A stretch of DNA of 48,480 nt from Candidatus Omnitrophota bacterium (GTDB lineage Bacteria > Omnitrophota > Gorgyraeia > Zapsychrales > Fredricksoniimonadaceae): the NCBI GenBank assembly GCA_013335325.1, contig JAAXVU010000001.1, positions 1 to 48,480 of the forward strand, written 5' to 3'. The number at the start of each line of letters is the position of its first letter. Within the stretch, counting starts at the first letter, position 1. Shown one piece after another: positions 9,276 to 19,279 of this stretch. The position numbers were made by a program, and so were the translations under genes. Below the pieces are notes generated by a model. That model was not told the origin of the DNA. It worked only from the letters and a program-made list of their open reading frames with translations, and made no database searches.

Positions 9276-9315
9276 TAAACCGCTTAGTTCAACATATCAA
9301 AACAAGGAGAAAAAT

Positions 9316-9891
9316 ATGGGTACCACCCAAGCTCTGACTGTTGTTAAACCTACAAACAGCGGCAACGCCTTGCTGGTCGTGCTCCTATTGATCCTCACGT
9401 TGGGCCTGGGAGGATTTTCTTATTACCTGTTCGTCAAACAAGGCGAGACCTCGGAGAAATTTTCCCAGGAACTCCAGGATCAATCCAAAGACCTGATGGA
9501 CGCCAAGGAAGCAGTGGCGGAATTAACCAAGAAACTTAACAAACAAAACGACAGCCTGGCCGAGCAATCAGCCGAGGTATCCCGTCTCAAGGGCGCGTCC
9601 GATACCATCCAGAATGCCCTCACTGATGTGCAGAACAACCTCAAGAACGACTTGGCTGCTTTAAAGAACGACATGGTTTCCATAAAGAGTGAGGCCGGCA
9701 AGAACCGCGACTCCCTGCAGACGTCCTCTTCCAAAGTGCAGGCCCAACTGGACAGCCTGACGGCTGAGGTCACCCAACTGAAGAATTCCGCGGTGCCTTC
9801 TGCTTCTGCCACTCCGGTAATAGATGTCACACTTGATGCGGGAGCCGCACCAGTCCAGCCTGCTGCCGCCGCCGCGCCGGAACAAAAATAA
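9316..9891 (+). CDS. Membrane-anchored coiled-coil protein of unknown function
   Basis: The 191-aa ORF has an N-terminal TM helix (ALLVVLLLILTLGLGGFSYYLFV), a long heptad-like Q/K/L/D-rich region and an Ala/Pro-rich tail. It has a strong SD and its own terminator. Confidence 0.6.
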   Translation: MGTTQALTVVKPTNSGNALLVVLLLILTLGLGGFSYYLFVKQGETSEKFSQELQDQSKDLMDAKEAVAELTKKLNKQNDSLAEQSAEVSRLKGASDTIQNALTDVQNNLKNDLAALKNDMVSIKSEAGKNRDSLQTSSSKVQAQLDSLTAEVTQLKNSAVPSASATPVIDVTLDAGAAPVQPAAAAAPEQK

Positions 9892-9910
9892 GAACCCACT
9901 TACCTGAATA

Positions 9911-9942
9911 AAAAAGCCGGAGACATGCTCTCCGGCTTTTTT
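9911..9942. terminator. Bidirectional rho-independent terminator between convergent genes
   Basis: AAAAA-GCCGGAGA-catgc-TCTCCGGC-TTTTTT is an 8-bp perfect stem with an A-run on one side and a T-run on the other. It lies between the coiled-coil gene (+) and tgt (-). Confidence 0.8.
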
Positions 9943-9995
9943 ATCACATCTGACTTACGAAAATTCCTTCCGCCGCCCAATGTCACTCTTAACGC

Positions 9996-11261
<1,266 letters not shown>

Positions 11262-11333
11262 CTAAATGACTTCAGGGACGATCTTAAGGCTGAACGTACT
11301 GACAAATACTTCTCACCCGGCATCTGGAGACAG

Positions 11334-11355
11334 ATTTCCCAGACGTCTGGGAAAT
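11334..11355. promoter_or_regulatory. Perfect 22-bp palindrome in the pif1-tgt spacer
   Basis: ATTTCCCAGAC|GTCTGGGAAAT was read directly, 31 nt downstream of the helicase stop and about 175 nt upstream of the tgt start. There is no T-run after it on the minus strand. Confidence 0.3.
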
Positions 11356-11385
11356 TCGCCGCAACAGTCATCAAACCCGGGAATA

Positions 11386-12951
11386 CTACTCCTCCGCCAG
11401 TTCCAGGATACGGTCGACACGGAACATGCGCTCTTCATTGCGGGCGTGGCAGAAGGCCAAGAGCCCCGGGAACTCCTTGCCCTGGTACTCCTCAGCGCCC
11501 ACCCGACGGGGCGTGACCACACGGCGCGACTTGTCGCCGTTGGCCTTAAGATATACCAGCCGGACTTTCGACTTGCGCGCGGCGGCCTGGGCCAGAAAAG
11601 CCATCTTCTCCTCCAGCGGCATGGCACTCTCGGAGCGTTCGTACTGGAACGAAGTCATGAATTTGACCACCCGCCAGTCGGTCAACAGATGCGTCTTTTT
11701 GATCGGGACCTTGAGCCCCACGCCCTCGAGCGTACGCGCCCGGCTGAGCGCCACGTAAGTCTGCCCGTGGGCAAAAGCCCCGCGCCCCATGTCGATGACC
11801 ACGCGGTCGAAGGTCTTGCCCTGGCTCTTGTGGATGGTGATGGCCCAGGCGAGCCTCAAGGGGTACTGCGTGAAGGCCCCGGCCTTCTCAGCCTCGATGC
11901 GTTCGCGCTCCTCGTCCCATTCATAGTGGAGGACGTCCCAGGTGTTGCGCTCGACGTCCACCTCTTCGCCGTCTTCCAGCTCCACGATGATGCGCGGGGC
12001 GTCGTCGTCACGGGTGATATCGCTAACCCGCCCCATGGTCCCGTTGACCCAGCGGCCCAGACTGTCGTTGTTCAGGAACATGACCTGGGCGCCCACGGCA
12101 AGTTCCAGCTCGCCGTCCGCCGGCCAGGCGGAACGGTCGACCGTGCCGTCCACCTCCGCCGGAAAAACGTGCGTCCGGGTGTGCAAAGCACGCAGATGTT
12201 CGGCATTTATCTCCTGTGCCATGGCGTTGGTCGGCACCAGGTGCACGGTCAGTTCACTGCGGCCTTTGCGCTTAGCCTCAGGCTTCTGGCCGACCCGGCT
12301 GTTTAAAAGCGTAAGCTCCCGCCCGTCGGCCGAATTGTTACGCAGGGCGTTCAGTATGCCGATAAAATCGTTGTCCTTCTGGCGGTAGATCTTCTCCAGC
12401 TCGACGAACTCGAGCTTGAGCTCCCGGAAGACTTCCGCGCTGAAGAAATAAGGGCTGGCGTAAGGCCCCTCGAAAAGCGGACGCTCCTTGGGCGTCACCA
12501 CCGGCGGAAGCTGATAAAGATCGCCTATGAAGACCATCTTGACCCCGCCGAAAGCCTGTGCCTTGGAGCGACCGTTCTTGCGAAGCGAACGGTCCACGCA
12601 GTCCAAAAGGTCGGCCCGCACCATGGAGACCTCGTCGATAACGATGGCGTCGACTTCCTTGAGCAGGCGCTGCTGGTCCTTGGGCAGCTTGCGGATCTTG
12701 CCCGGCGTCACCCCGGGTTTGAAGCCGAAAAAGGAATGTATGGTCTGGCCGTCGACGTTGATGGCGGCGACACCCGTGGGGGCCAGCACCACGACGTTAC
12801 GCCGGGTGTTCTGCCGGAACCAGGACAAAAGCGTGGACTTGCCGGTGCCGGCCTTGCCAGTCACGAAGACGTGCCGGTCCGGCGATTCCATCAGTTCCAG
12901 CGCCCGGCGGAACTCGTCGTTAAGTTCGATATTCTCGGCCTTCAGTCTCAT
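11386..12951 (-). CDS. Pif1/RecD-like SF1B DNA helicase with C-terminal WYL domain
   Basis: It has Walker A GKAGTGKS, then DEVSMV, GDLYQLPPV, ITIHKSQGKTFD and YVALSRAR. The C-terminal ~60 aa (VRLVYL...GLLAFCHARNEERMFRVDRI) match the WYL-domain pattern. The start was set to the ATG at 12951, which overlaps the queA stop as ATGA. Confidence 0.85.
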   Translation of the reverse strand: MRLKAENIELNDEFRRALELMESPDRHVFVTGKAGTGKSTLLSWFRQNTRRNVVVLAPTGVAAINVDGQTIHSFFGFKPGVTPGKIRKLPKDQQRLLKEVDAIVIDEVSMVRADLLDCVDRSLRKNGRSKAQAFGGVKMVFIGDLYQLPPVVTPKERPLFEGPYASPYFFSAEVFRELKLEFVELEKIYRQKDNDFIGILNALRNNSADGRELTLLNSRVGQKPEAKRKGRSELTVHLVPTNAMAQEINAEHLRALHTRTHVFPAEVDGTVDRSAWPADGELELAVGAQVMFLNNDSLGRWVNGTMGRVSDITRDDDAPRIIVELEDGEEVDVERNTWDVLHYEWDEERERIEAEKAGAFTQYPLRLAWAITIHKSQGKTFDRVVIDMGRGAFAHGQTYVALSRARTLEGVGLKVPIKKTHLLTDWRVVKFMTSFQYERSESAMPLEEKMAFLAQAAARKSKVRLVYLKANGDKSRRVVTPRRVGAEEYQGKEFPGLLAFCHARNEERMFRVDRILELAEE

Positions 12952-13952
12952 ACGATCACCATCGCGTCCCCATAACTGTAAAAGCGGTACTTTTCCCGCA
13001 CGGCCTCGGCGTAGGCCCGGCGTATCAGGTCTGTCCCGGCAAAGGCGCACACCAGCATGAGCAGGGTACTCCTGGGCAAGTGAAAGTTGGTGACGAGCGC
13101 ATCGGTCACCTGAAACTTCCCGCCGGGGTAAATAAAGATATCGGTATCGTCCGCGGTCCGGCCGGTGCGGGCCCAGGCCTCCAGCGTCCGGCAGCTGGTA
13201 GTGCCGACCGCCACAACCTTGCCGCCGCGCTCCCGCTCGGCCAAAAGCCTGCGTAACGTCACCGGCGGGATGGAATAAGTCTCGCTGTGCATCTTGTGCT
13301 GCGTAACGTCCTCACACTCCACCGGCTTGAAGGTACCGTAATTAACGTGCAACGTGACCTCGGCGAAAGCGTGCCCGGCCTTCTTGAGCGAGGCGATGAG
13401 CGGCTTCGAAAAGTGCAAACCCGCCGTCGGAGCTGCCACCGACCCCGGACGCTTGGCATAGACCGTCTGATAGTTGATCCGGTCGGAATCATCGTCAGAA
13501 CGTTTGATGTAAGGTGGAAGCGGTATGTGCCCGGACTCCTCCAAGCGGCCCAACACGTCCCGGCAGTCGAAACGCACCAACCGCCGCTCCCGGTCCACCA
13601 GCACACAACGCAGCCCGCCGGGGAACTCCAGCGGCTCGCCTTCCCGGATCTTCTTCAGCGGACGCAGCATGGCCTCAAAACTCTGCCCGTCCACTTGACG
13701 CAGCAGAAAAACCTCAACCTCCCCGCCGGTACGCGGCTTGCGGCCCAAAAGACGGGCCGGTATGACGCGGCTGTTGTTTACCACCAACAGGCTTGGTGCC
13801 GGAAGATAACGTCCGATATTGCGGAAAGTGTCGTGCCCGAGGCTGCCGTCGGCACGGTTTACAACCAGTAACCGGGCCTCCTCGCGCTTCTCACAGGGGT
13901 ACTGCGCGATCAGCTCCTCCGGCAGCGGGTAGTCAAAATCGGAAAGTCGCAT
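12948..13952 (-). CDS. queA: S-adenosylmethionine:tRNA ribosyltransferase-isomerase
   Basis: The N-terminus MRLSDFDYPLPEELIAQYP is canonical, and PLPPYI and TAGLHF motifs are present. The start was set to 13952, since the ORF-track extension to 14075 overlaps the receiver gene. Confidence 0.95.
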   Translation of the reverse strand: MRLSDFDYPLPEELIAQYPCEKREEARLLVVNRADGSLGHDTFRNIGRYLPAPSLLVVNNSRVIPARLLGRKPRTGGEVEVFLLRQVDGQSFEAMLRPLKKIREGEPLEFPGGLRCVLVDRERRLVRFDCRDVLGRLEESGHIPLPPYIKRSDDDSDRINYQTVYAKRPGSVAAPTAGLHFSKPLIASLKKAGHAFAEVTLHVNYGTFKPVECEDVTQHKMHSETYSIPPVTLRRLLAERERGGKVVAVGTTSCRTLEAWARTGRTADDTDIFIYPGGKFQVTDALVTNFHLPRSTLLMLVCAFAGTDLIRRAYAEAVREKYRFYSYGDAMVIV

Positions 13953-13956
13953 CGGC

Positions 13957-14328
13957 TTAAGCGTCCACGGGGCCCAGCAAAGCCAGTATACGGGCCAGCA
14001 ATTTAGGCGGGTCGACCGGTTTAACGAAGTAGCCCTTGACCCCTTCCGAGAGGAAGACGTCCTGCATGTTCGCATTGGCTGTCAGCATGATGACCGGGAT
14101 CAAAGCGCCGCCCGGCAGTGTCTTCAGTTCATTGATGAATTCGAAACCGGACATGTTCGGCATCTGGATATCCAGGACGATCAGATCGGGACTCTCACGT
14201 CTAACCGCCTCCAGGCCTTCGCGTCCGTCGGCGGCCGTGACCACCTCGAAACGCGCTTCCCGACAGGCAAAACGGATAAGAGTTACATTCAGGCGGTCGT
14301 CGTCAACCAGCAGCACTTTTTTCGTCAT
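13957..14328 (-). CDS. Stand-alone response-regulator receiver (CheY-like) protein
   Basis: The 123-aa ORF has the acidic pocket LLVDDD, a phospho-acceptor in LIVLDIQMP, T in MLTA and K in FVKP. There is no output domain and no kinase in the window. Confidence 0.9.
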   Translation of the reverse strand: MTKKVLLVDDDRLNVTLIRFACREARFEVVTAADGREGLEAVRRESPDLIVLDIQMPNMSGFEFINELKTLPGGALIPVIMLTANANMQDVFLSEGVKGYFVKPVDPPKLLARILALLGPVDA

Positions 14329-14356
14329 AATCTCCCGTGCTTTTAATAATTATCTA

Positions 14357-14384
14357 TTGCAACCAAGGCCGCAACGCGTAGAAT
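14357..14384 (+). promoter_or_regulatory. Possible sigma70-like promoter for the plus-strand membrane-protein gene
   Basis: TTGCAA, a 16-nt spacer and TAGAAT lie about 55 nt upstream of the ATG at 14440. Confidence 0.3.
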
Positions 14385-14439
14385 GACTTTGTCCGTTACG
14401 GATCGTACCACTCAACTAAGGAACCCAAGGATCAGCAAC

Positions 14440-14802
14440 ATGGCTTCCCAGAATTTCATGAACAAACTAAGGCAATGGGACTCAAAAGCCAACCAATGGT
14501 TCTTCCGGCACTTTTACCTTTTATTCTTCCAGGTCATATTGGTGATCGCCTTCGTAATATTCTTCGTGCTGACCCTCAACCTTATAAACCTGGCACCGGA
14601 TATGGATCACAAGTCCGCCCTCGACCGGCTGCTCCTGACACAGAACGCCTCTACGCTGCTCATCGCGTTCCTGCTTATCCTAAATTCGTTCTGGATGCTT
14701 TTTATGCTGACGAGCCTGTTCAGGATACGCTCAGTTCTCAAAAATGTCGACTTCAATCTTTCCCGCCGGCGTACTGACCGCAAGAACGACGACCAGTTTT
14801 GA
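14440..14802 (+). CDS. Small two-TM membrane protein, unknown function
   Basis: The ATG at 14440 is preceded by AAGGA. It encodes about 120 aa with two long hydrophobic helices (FYLLFFQVILVIAFVIFFVLTL and LLIAFLLILNSFWMLFMLTSLF). It is convergent with ftsA. Confidence 0.5.
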   Translation: MASQNFMNKLRQWDSKANQWFFRHFYLLFFQVILVIAFVIFFVLTLNLINLAPDMDHKSALDRLLLTQNASTLLIAFLLILNSFWMLFMLTSLFRIRSVLKNVDFNLSRRRTDRKNDDQF

Positions 14803-14877
14803 ACATTACCGAGTCTAAATTGCTTTGGTGAGGGCTGTTTCGGCGGATGATGATCTCTCCGCAGGCAAAACACATCT

Positions 14878-16125
14878 TCAGAAATATTCGTTACAAATCT
14901 CTTCGGCCTTCATCTTCCAGGCGTCCATCCAGTCTTTGGCTGTCCGGGTATCAAACTGATACCGGTGACTCCCCTTGTAAGCCAGCTCCGCCACGCTGGT
15001 ACAGACACAATACGACGAGGCATTGTTTAGCCCGGCGATACCGCGCCCCAAGGCCACCGGCATGCCCAAATTGCCCTCCACCCGTTCCAGAAAGCCCGGC
15101 AAAAGCGCCCCGCCGCCCACCATCATCATGCCGCCCTTAAGTTGATTGCCGTAACCCGAAGCCTCCACTGCACCTCTGATCATTTCTACCAGACGCACTA
15201 CCTGAGGCTCGATGGCCTCGCTGAGGACAGAGCGCTGAACCGGAACAAAGGCCTGGTCTTTCTTTATTAAGATCTCGTCGTTCTTGAGCATGGTCTTGTC
15301 ATCACGCACACGGACATAGGAACGCTTGACGTCCTCTGCCAGATCAGGTCCGATGTTAAGAGCGTCGGCGATGCCCTGCGTCATCTCCTGGCATCCCGTA
15401 GCGGCTTTCACATAATGCTTCAACAGGCCTTCCTTGAAGATCATGGCCTGGGTACTGCGGGCCCCCACGTCTACCAGCACAATCCCGTCGGTCTTCTGTT
15501 GCATGCTAAGCACTGTATCTGCCAGGGCCTGACCGTTAAAGAACGTGTTGCCCACCTCAAAACCGGCCTGTTTGACGGCCTTGGTGATATTTCTCAATCT
15601 AGTGTTGCCTGCGACCACCAGCATCACCTCGACCTCCAGCTTCCGGCCGCACAGCCCGACGGGATTGAGCGCGATGTTGACGTCGTCCACCCTGAACTGC
15701 TGCACGAAATCGCACAGGACATCCTCATCCAGCCGAACCCCCAAGAGACGGGCCTGCCGACGGGCCTCCCGGACATCCGCGGGGGTGATCACCTTGTTGC
15801 CACGCTCGGCCAGCGGTATGACCGCCCGGCTGACCCGCGTCTCCACCAGGTCGCCGCCGACGCCTAGATAGACATCCCGAAAACGGACCTGCGCTTTCTT
15901 GGCCACTGCATCCAATGCCGAACCGATACAGGCAGAAAAGGCGCTTATGTCGTTGACCGAGGCATCCCGGAAGCCACGGGTGTCGACCTCGTACACCGCC
16001 AAAAGCTCCAGGTTATTGGAATCCTTCACCTGCCCCAAACAGGCCTTAACCTTTTGAGAACCGATATCCAGCCCGCAAAAAAATATGTCCTTGAAAAACT
16101 GTCCGACAAACTGTCCTATCTTCAT
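14878..16125 (-). CDS. ftsA: Cell division protein FtsA
   Basis: The 415-aa actin-fold protein has GLDIGSQKVK, VLVDVGARST, MVGGGALLPG and a C-terminal amphipathic helix (KDWMDAWKMKAEEI). It overlaps the ftsQ stop by 4 nt. Confidence 0.9.
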   Translation of the reverse strand: MKIGQFVGQFFKDIFFCGLDIGSQKVKACLGQVKDSNNLELLAVYEVDTRGFRDASVNDISAFSACIGSALDAVAKKAQVRFRDVYLGVGGDLVETRVSRAVIPLAERGNKVITPADVREARRQARLLGVRLDEDVLCDFVQQFRVDDVNIALNPVGLCGRKLEVEVMLVVAGNTRLRNITKAVKQAGFEVGNTFFNGQALADTVLSMQQKTDGIVLVDVGARSTQAMIFKEGLLKHYVKAATGCQEMTQGIADALNIGPDLAEDVKRSYVRVRDDKTMLKNDEILIKKDQAFVPVQRSVLSEAIEPQVVRLVEMIRGAVEASGYGNQLKGGMMMVGGGALLPGFLERVEGNLGMPVALGRGIAGLNNASSYCVCTSVAELAYKGSHRYQFDTRTAKDWMDAWKMKAEEICNEYF

Positions 16126-16913
16126 TGTTTGCCCTGTTTCTTCTGGCCTATGATTGGTGCACCAAACCGTAAATCTATGTATTTAACGCCGGCCAAATCC
16201 AGCTGACGGTGTGAAAGTAACAGCCCCAGTTCGCTTACCCGCGACGTGAAACTCTTCGAGTCCACTATCACTTCTACGCCGTCACCTGCCGCTCCGGCTT
16301 CTGCGCCGAGCAGGCACACGATGCGGACAGTGTCGGAGACATCCACGGACCGCAGAACAATGTCAGCCAGCGTGCGGTTTCCCCGAAAGACAGAAACTAT
16401 GCCCGAAGCCAGAGCAAAATGCTGATCGGTCAACTGCGTCCCGGGAACGATCTTATCCGTACGCAAGCCTTTCAGCAGAGGCAGTGGTTCATCTGTTGTT
16501 CCAGCCGCACCCAACAGATAGCCTTCGCGGTCAACCAACACAACACGACCGTTTAAAGCTGCGCGGGCAAAAGGTTCCCGACGGACGGCAGTCACCACTA
16601 TCTCGTCCGGAAAACGCCGAACCGCCTTCAGGTTGGAAAGCGCCGGATACTTTCCGTGCAGCCTGGCTTCCAGCTTTTCCAGGCGTACATTAAAAATATT
16701 GTGACCCTTCAGCTTCGACAACTCTGGAATATCTATTCCGCCCAGGCTGTCGGACACCACCACTTCCCGCACGGTAAAAAGCCCCGAACGGGTCAAGTAA
16801 GCCACGCATCCCCAGGCCAACGCCACAAAACTGAACAGAACAATGATGATAAGCCCGATACCGATAAGAAGATCAGCCGATAGCTGCGGCTGATTCGATT
16901 TTCTTTTTGCCAT
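16122..16913 (-). CDS. ftsQ: Cell division protein FtsQ (POTRA domain)
   Basis: The 263-aa ORF has a short basic N-terminus, a single TM helix (LLIGIGLIIIVLFSFVALAWG) and a POTRA-like segment. It sits in the canonical position between ddl and ftsA. Confidence 0.8.
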   Translation of the reverse strand: MAKRKSNQPQLSADLLIGIGLIIIVLFSFVALAWGCVAYLTRSGLFTVREVVVSDSLGGIDIPELSKLKGHNIFNVRLEKLEARLHGKYPALSNLKAVRRFPDEIVVTAVRREPFARAALNGRVVLVDREGYLLGAAGTTDEPLPLLKGLRTDKIVPGTQLTDQHFALASGIVSVFRGNRTLADIVLRSVDVSDTVRIVCLLGAEAGAAGDGVEVIVDSKSFTSRVSELGLLLSHRQLDLAGVKYIDLRFGAPIIGQKKQGKQ

Positions 16914-19254
16914 ACGCCATTTCTACTAGCTTTAGACACAACTGCCGGAAATCCATGCCCGCTGCCTTAGCGGCCTTAGGTAAAAGACTGCTCGAAGTGA
17001 ACCCCGGTATTGTATTCACTTCCAGCACCAACGCGCGGTCGGTTTCATCCAGGAGAACATCCACACGTCCGAAACCTTCGCAGCCCAACGCACGGTAGGC
17101 ATTCAGGGCCGCCGCACGTACGCTGTCGGCAATGTCCGCCGGAATTTCCGCCGGGACAATGTACTGCGTCCGCTGATCCTGGTATTTCGACTGAAAATCG
17201 AAGAAAGAGTTCTGCGCCCTTATCTCGACTATGGGCAGCGGCGTCTGCCCTAGCACCCCGACCGTTAATTCTCGCCCGCGGATAAATTCCTGCACCACCA
17301 GATCCGGGCCCAGCTGAAATGCCTTCGCCGCAGCTGAAGCCAGACCTTCCCGGTCATGGGCCAGTTCGATCCCTATGCTCGACCCCTCGCAGGCCGGCTT
17401 GACCACCAAAGGATACCCTCCCAGGGCCTTCTCTATCGCCGGAAGGTCCAGCTGATCCGGACCATTCACCACATACGTCGCTGGCGTCGGCACTCCTCTG
17501 GCCTCGAAGAGACGCTGGGCCACGCCCTTGTTGAACGCCGCCAGACTGGCGGCCGGACCGCAACCGTTATACGGGATATCCATCTCGTCTAGTATTGACT
17601 GGATGCCTCCGTCTTCACCGAAACGTCCATGCAGCGCCAGAAAAGCCACGTCTATTTTTTCCCGGGCTAAAAAGCTTTTCACCTCAGCCGGATCTTCCGT
17701 AGTAAGGTCCAGCGACTTCACCACGCACTCAGCCTCGGTCAGCGCCTTAACGATGGCGTTGCCGGAACGCAGCGATACCTCGCGCTCCGACGAGCATCCG
17801 CCCATGATCACCCCCACCGTGCCGAAACTGACCGGTGAAGCTATCGAGATCTTCCCGGCCTCGCGTTCGTGCAGCCTGCGTACGAATTCATCCGAGAAAT
17901 GCGTTACATCGCCAGCCCCCAGTGTGAGCACCAGGTCACCCGGCTTGGCCAGAGCCAGCAGCCGTTCAACCACGCCTTCTTTGGCTACGTACTCCAGGTT
18001 ATCGGGACGCTTCTCGCGTATCTTTTCCAGCAACTTCTCCGCCGTGATACCTTCGATCGGCTTCTCGCTGGCAGCATAAATGTCGGTCAAAACCAAGTGG
18101 TCGGTCAGGCTGAAACATCCGGCAAATTCATCCATCAGGAAACGGGTGCGCGTAAAGCGGTGCGGCTGGAAGGCTGTTATGACGCGCCGACGGTCCAGGG
18201 TCCGGGCCGTCTGCAGGGTGGCCGCGATCTCGGTAGGATGATGGCCGTAATCATCGACGACCATGATGCCGCCGATCTCCCCCTTGCGCTGAAAACGCCG
18301 CTTGACCCCGTCGAATACCCGCAGTGTCTCCTGGATAACCGGCAGGTCGATCTTAAGCTCATGACCTAGCGCGACAACAGCCAGAGAATTGAGTACGTTA
18401 TGCTTACCGGGAATGGTCAGAGAAAAGCGTGCCAGAAATTTGCCGCGCTGAAAACAATCGAAGGACGAACCATTAGCGTCACAGTGGATCTCGCGCGCTG
18501 TCCAGTCGTTATCCTCGCCGAAACCGTACGTGACGTAACGCCGGCCCCCGGTAGACAGAATACTGCGCAGGTTGGCGTCGTCTCCGCATGCGATCAGAAC
18601 TCCGTCGGGCACTGTCCGCTCCACGAACATGGCGTAAGCCTCGCGGATCTTTTCAAAGGTATGGTAGTAGTCAACGTGCTCGAAGTCGATGTTGGTTATG
18701 ATGGAAAAATGCGGCGCGAAATAAAGGAAAGAGCCATCGCTCTCGTCTACCTCGGCCACAATGTGTCGCCCGATACCCAGGTTAGCGTTATAGCCACCGT
18801 GGTTGACGATTCCGCCAACGAATGTCGTCGGCTTAAGCCCGGCATTGATCAAGAGCAAGGATGCCATCGAGGAAGTCGTGGTCTTGCCATGAGCCCCAGC
18901 CACGGTGATGCCGACCTCATTATTGACCAGCTGCGCCAACAGCTCGGCACGCTTGAGTACCGGCAGGTGCTGGCTTACGGCATAGAACATCTCGGGATTG
19001 GTGGTCTTGACCGCAGAGGAATAAACCACGCAGTCGGCGCCTTCCAGGTTGCGGATATCGTGGCCGATACTGATACGTGCCCCAGCGTCGCGCAGTTTTT
19101 GGGTCAGCTCGCTCTCCTTCAGATCCGAACCGCTCACCTTGTAACCCTTGGCCAGCATAAGAAGCGCCAGGTTACCCATGCCCATCCCGCCTATGCCGAT
19201 AAAATGATAATGCTTGTAGACCTGCTTCTTTGTCCCTTTGCTGATCCTTGCCAT
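16873..19254 (-). CDS. murC: Fused UDP-N-acetylmuramate--L-alanine ligase / D-alanine--D-alanine ligase (MurC-Ddl)
   Basis: The N-terminal half is MurC (HFIGIGGMGMGNLA, GAHGKTTTSSM). After a short linker, the C-terminal half is Ddl (VGVIMGGCSSEREVSLRSG, the ATP-grasp domain, and EVNTIPGFT). It is a single uninterrupted frame. The start was set to the ATG at 19254, which has an AGGAAAG SD; the track start at 19341 overlaps murG. Confidence 0.9.
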   Translation of the reverse strand: MARISKGTKKQVYKHYHFIGIGGMGMGNLALLMLAKGYKVSGSDLKESELTQKLRDAGARISIGHDIRNLEGADCVVYSSAVKTTNPEMFYAVSQHLPVLKRAELLAQLVNNEVGITVAGAHGKTTTSSMASLLLINAGLKPTTFVGGIVNHGGYNANLGIGRHIVAEVDESDGSFLYFAPHFSIITNIDFEHVDYYHTFEKIREAYAMFVERTVPDGVLIACGDDANLRSILSTGGRRYVTYGFGEDNDWTAREIHCDANGSSFDCFQRGKFLARFSLTIPGKHNVLNSLAVVALGHELKIDLPVIQETLRVFDGVKRRFQRKGEIGGIMVVDDYGHHPTEIAATLQTARTLDRRRVITAFQPHRFTRTRFLMDEFAGCFSLTDHLVLTDIYAASEKPIEGITAEKLLEKIREKRPDNLEYVAKEGVVERLLALAKPGDLVLTLGAGDVTHFSDEFVRRLHEREAGKISIASPVSFGTVGVIMGGCSSEREVSLRSGNAIVKALTEAECVVKSLDLTTEDPAEVKSFLAREKIDVAFLALHGRFGEDGGIQSILDEMDIPYNGCGPAASLAAFNKGVAQRLFEARGVPTPATYVVNGPDQLDLPAIEKALGGYPLVVKPACEGSSIGIELAHDREGLASAAAKAFQLGPDLVVQEFIRGRELTVGVLGQTPLPIVEIRAQNSFFDFQSKYQDQRTQYIVPAEIPADIADSVRAAALNAYRALGCEGFGRVDVLLDETDRALVLEVNTIPGFTSSSLLPKAAKAAGMDFRQLCLKLVEMAYGKKKIESAAAIG

Positions 19255-19279
19255 GACGGTATCTTTCCTATAAAAAATA

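Noticed and set aside
11266-12306. 346-aa plus-strand ORF
   Set aside because: It is antisense to the Pif1-like helicase, which has unambiguous motifs. There are no recognisable motifs in this frame.
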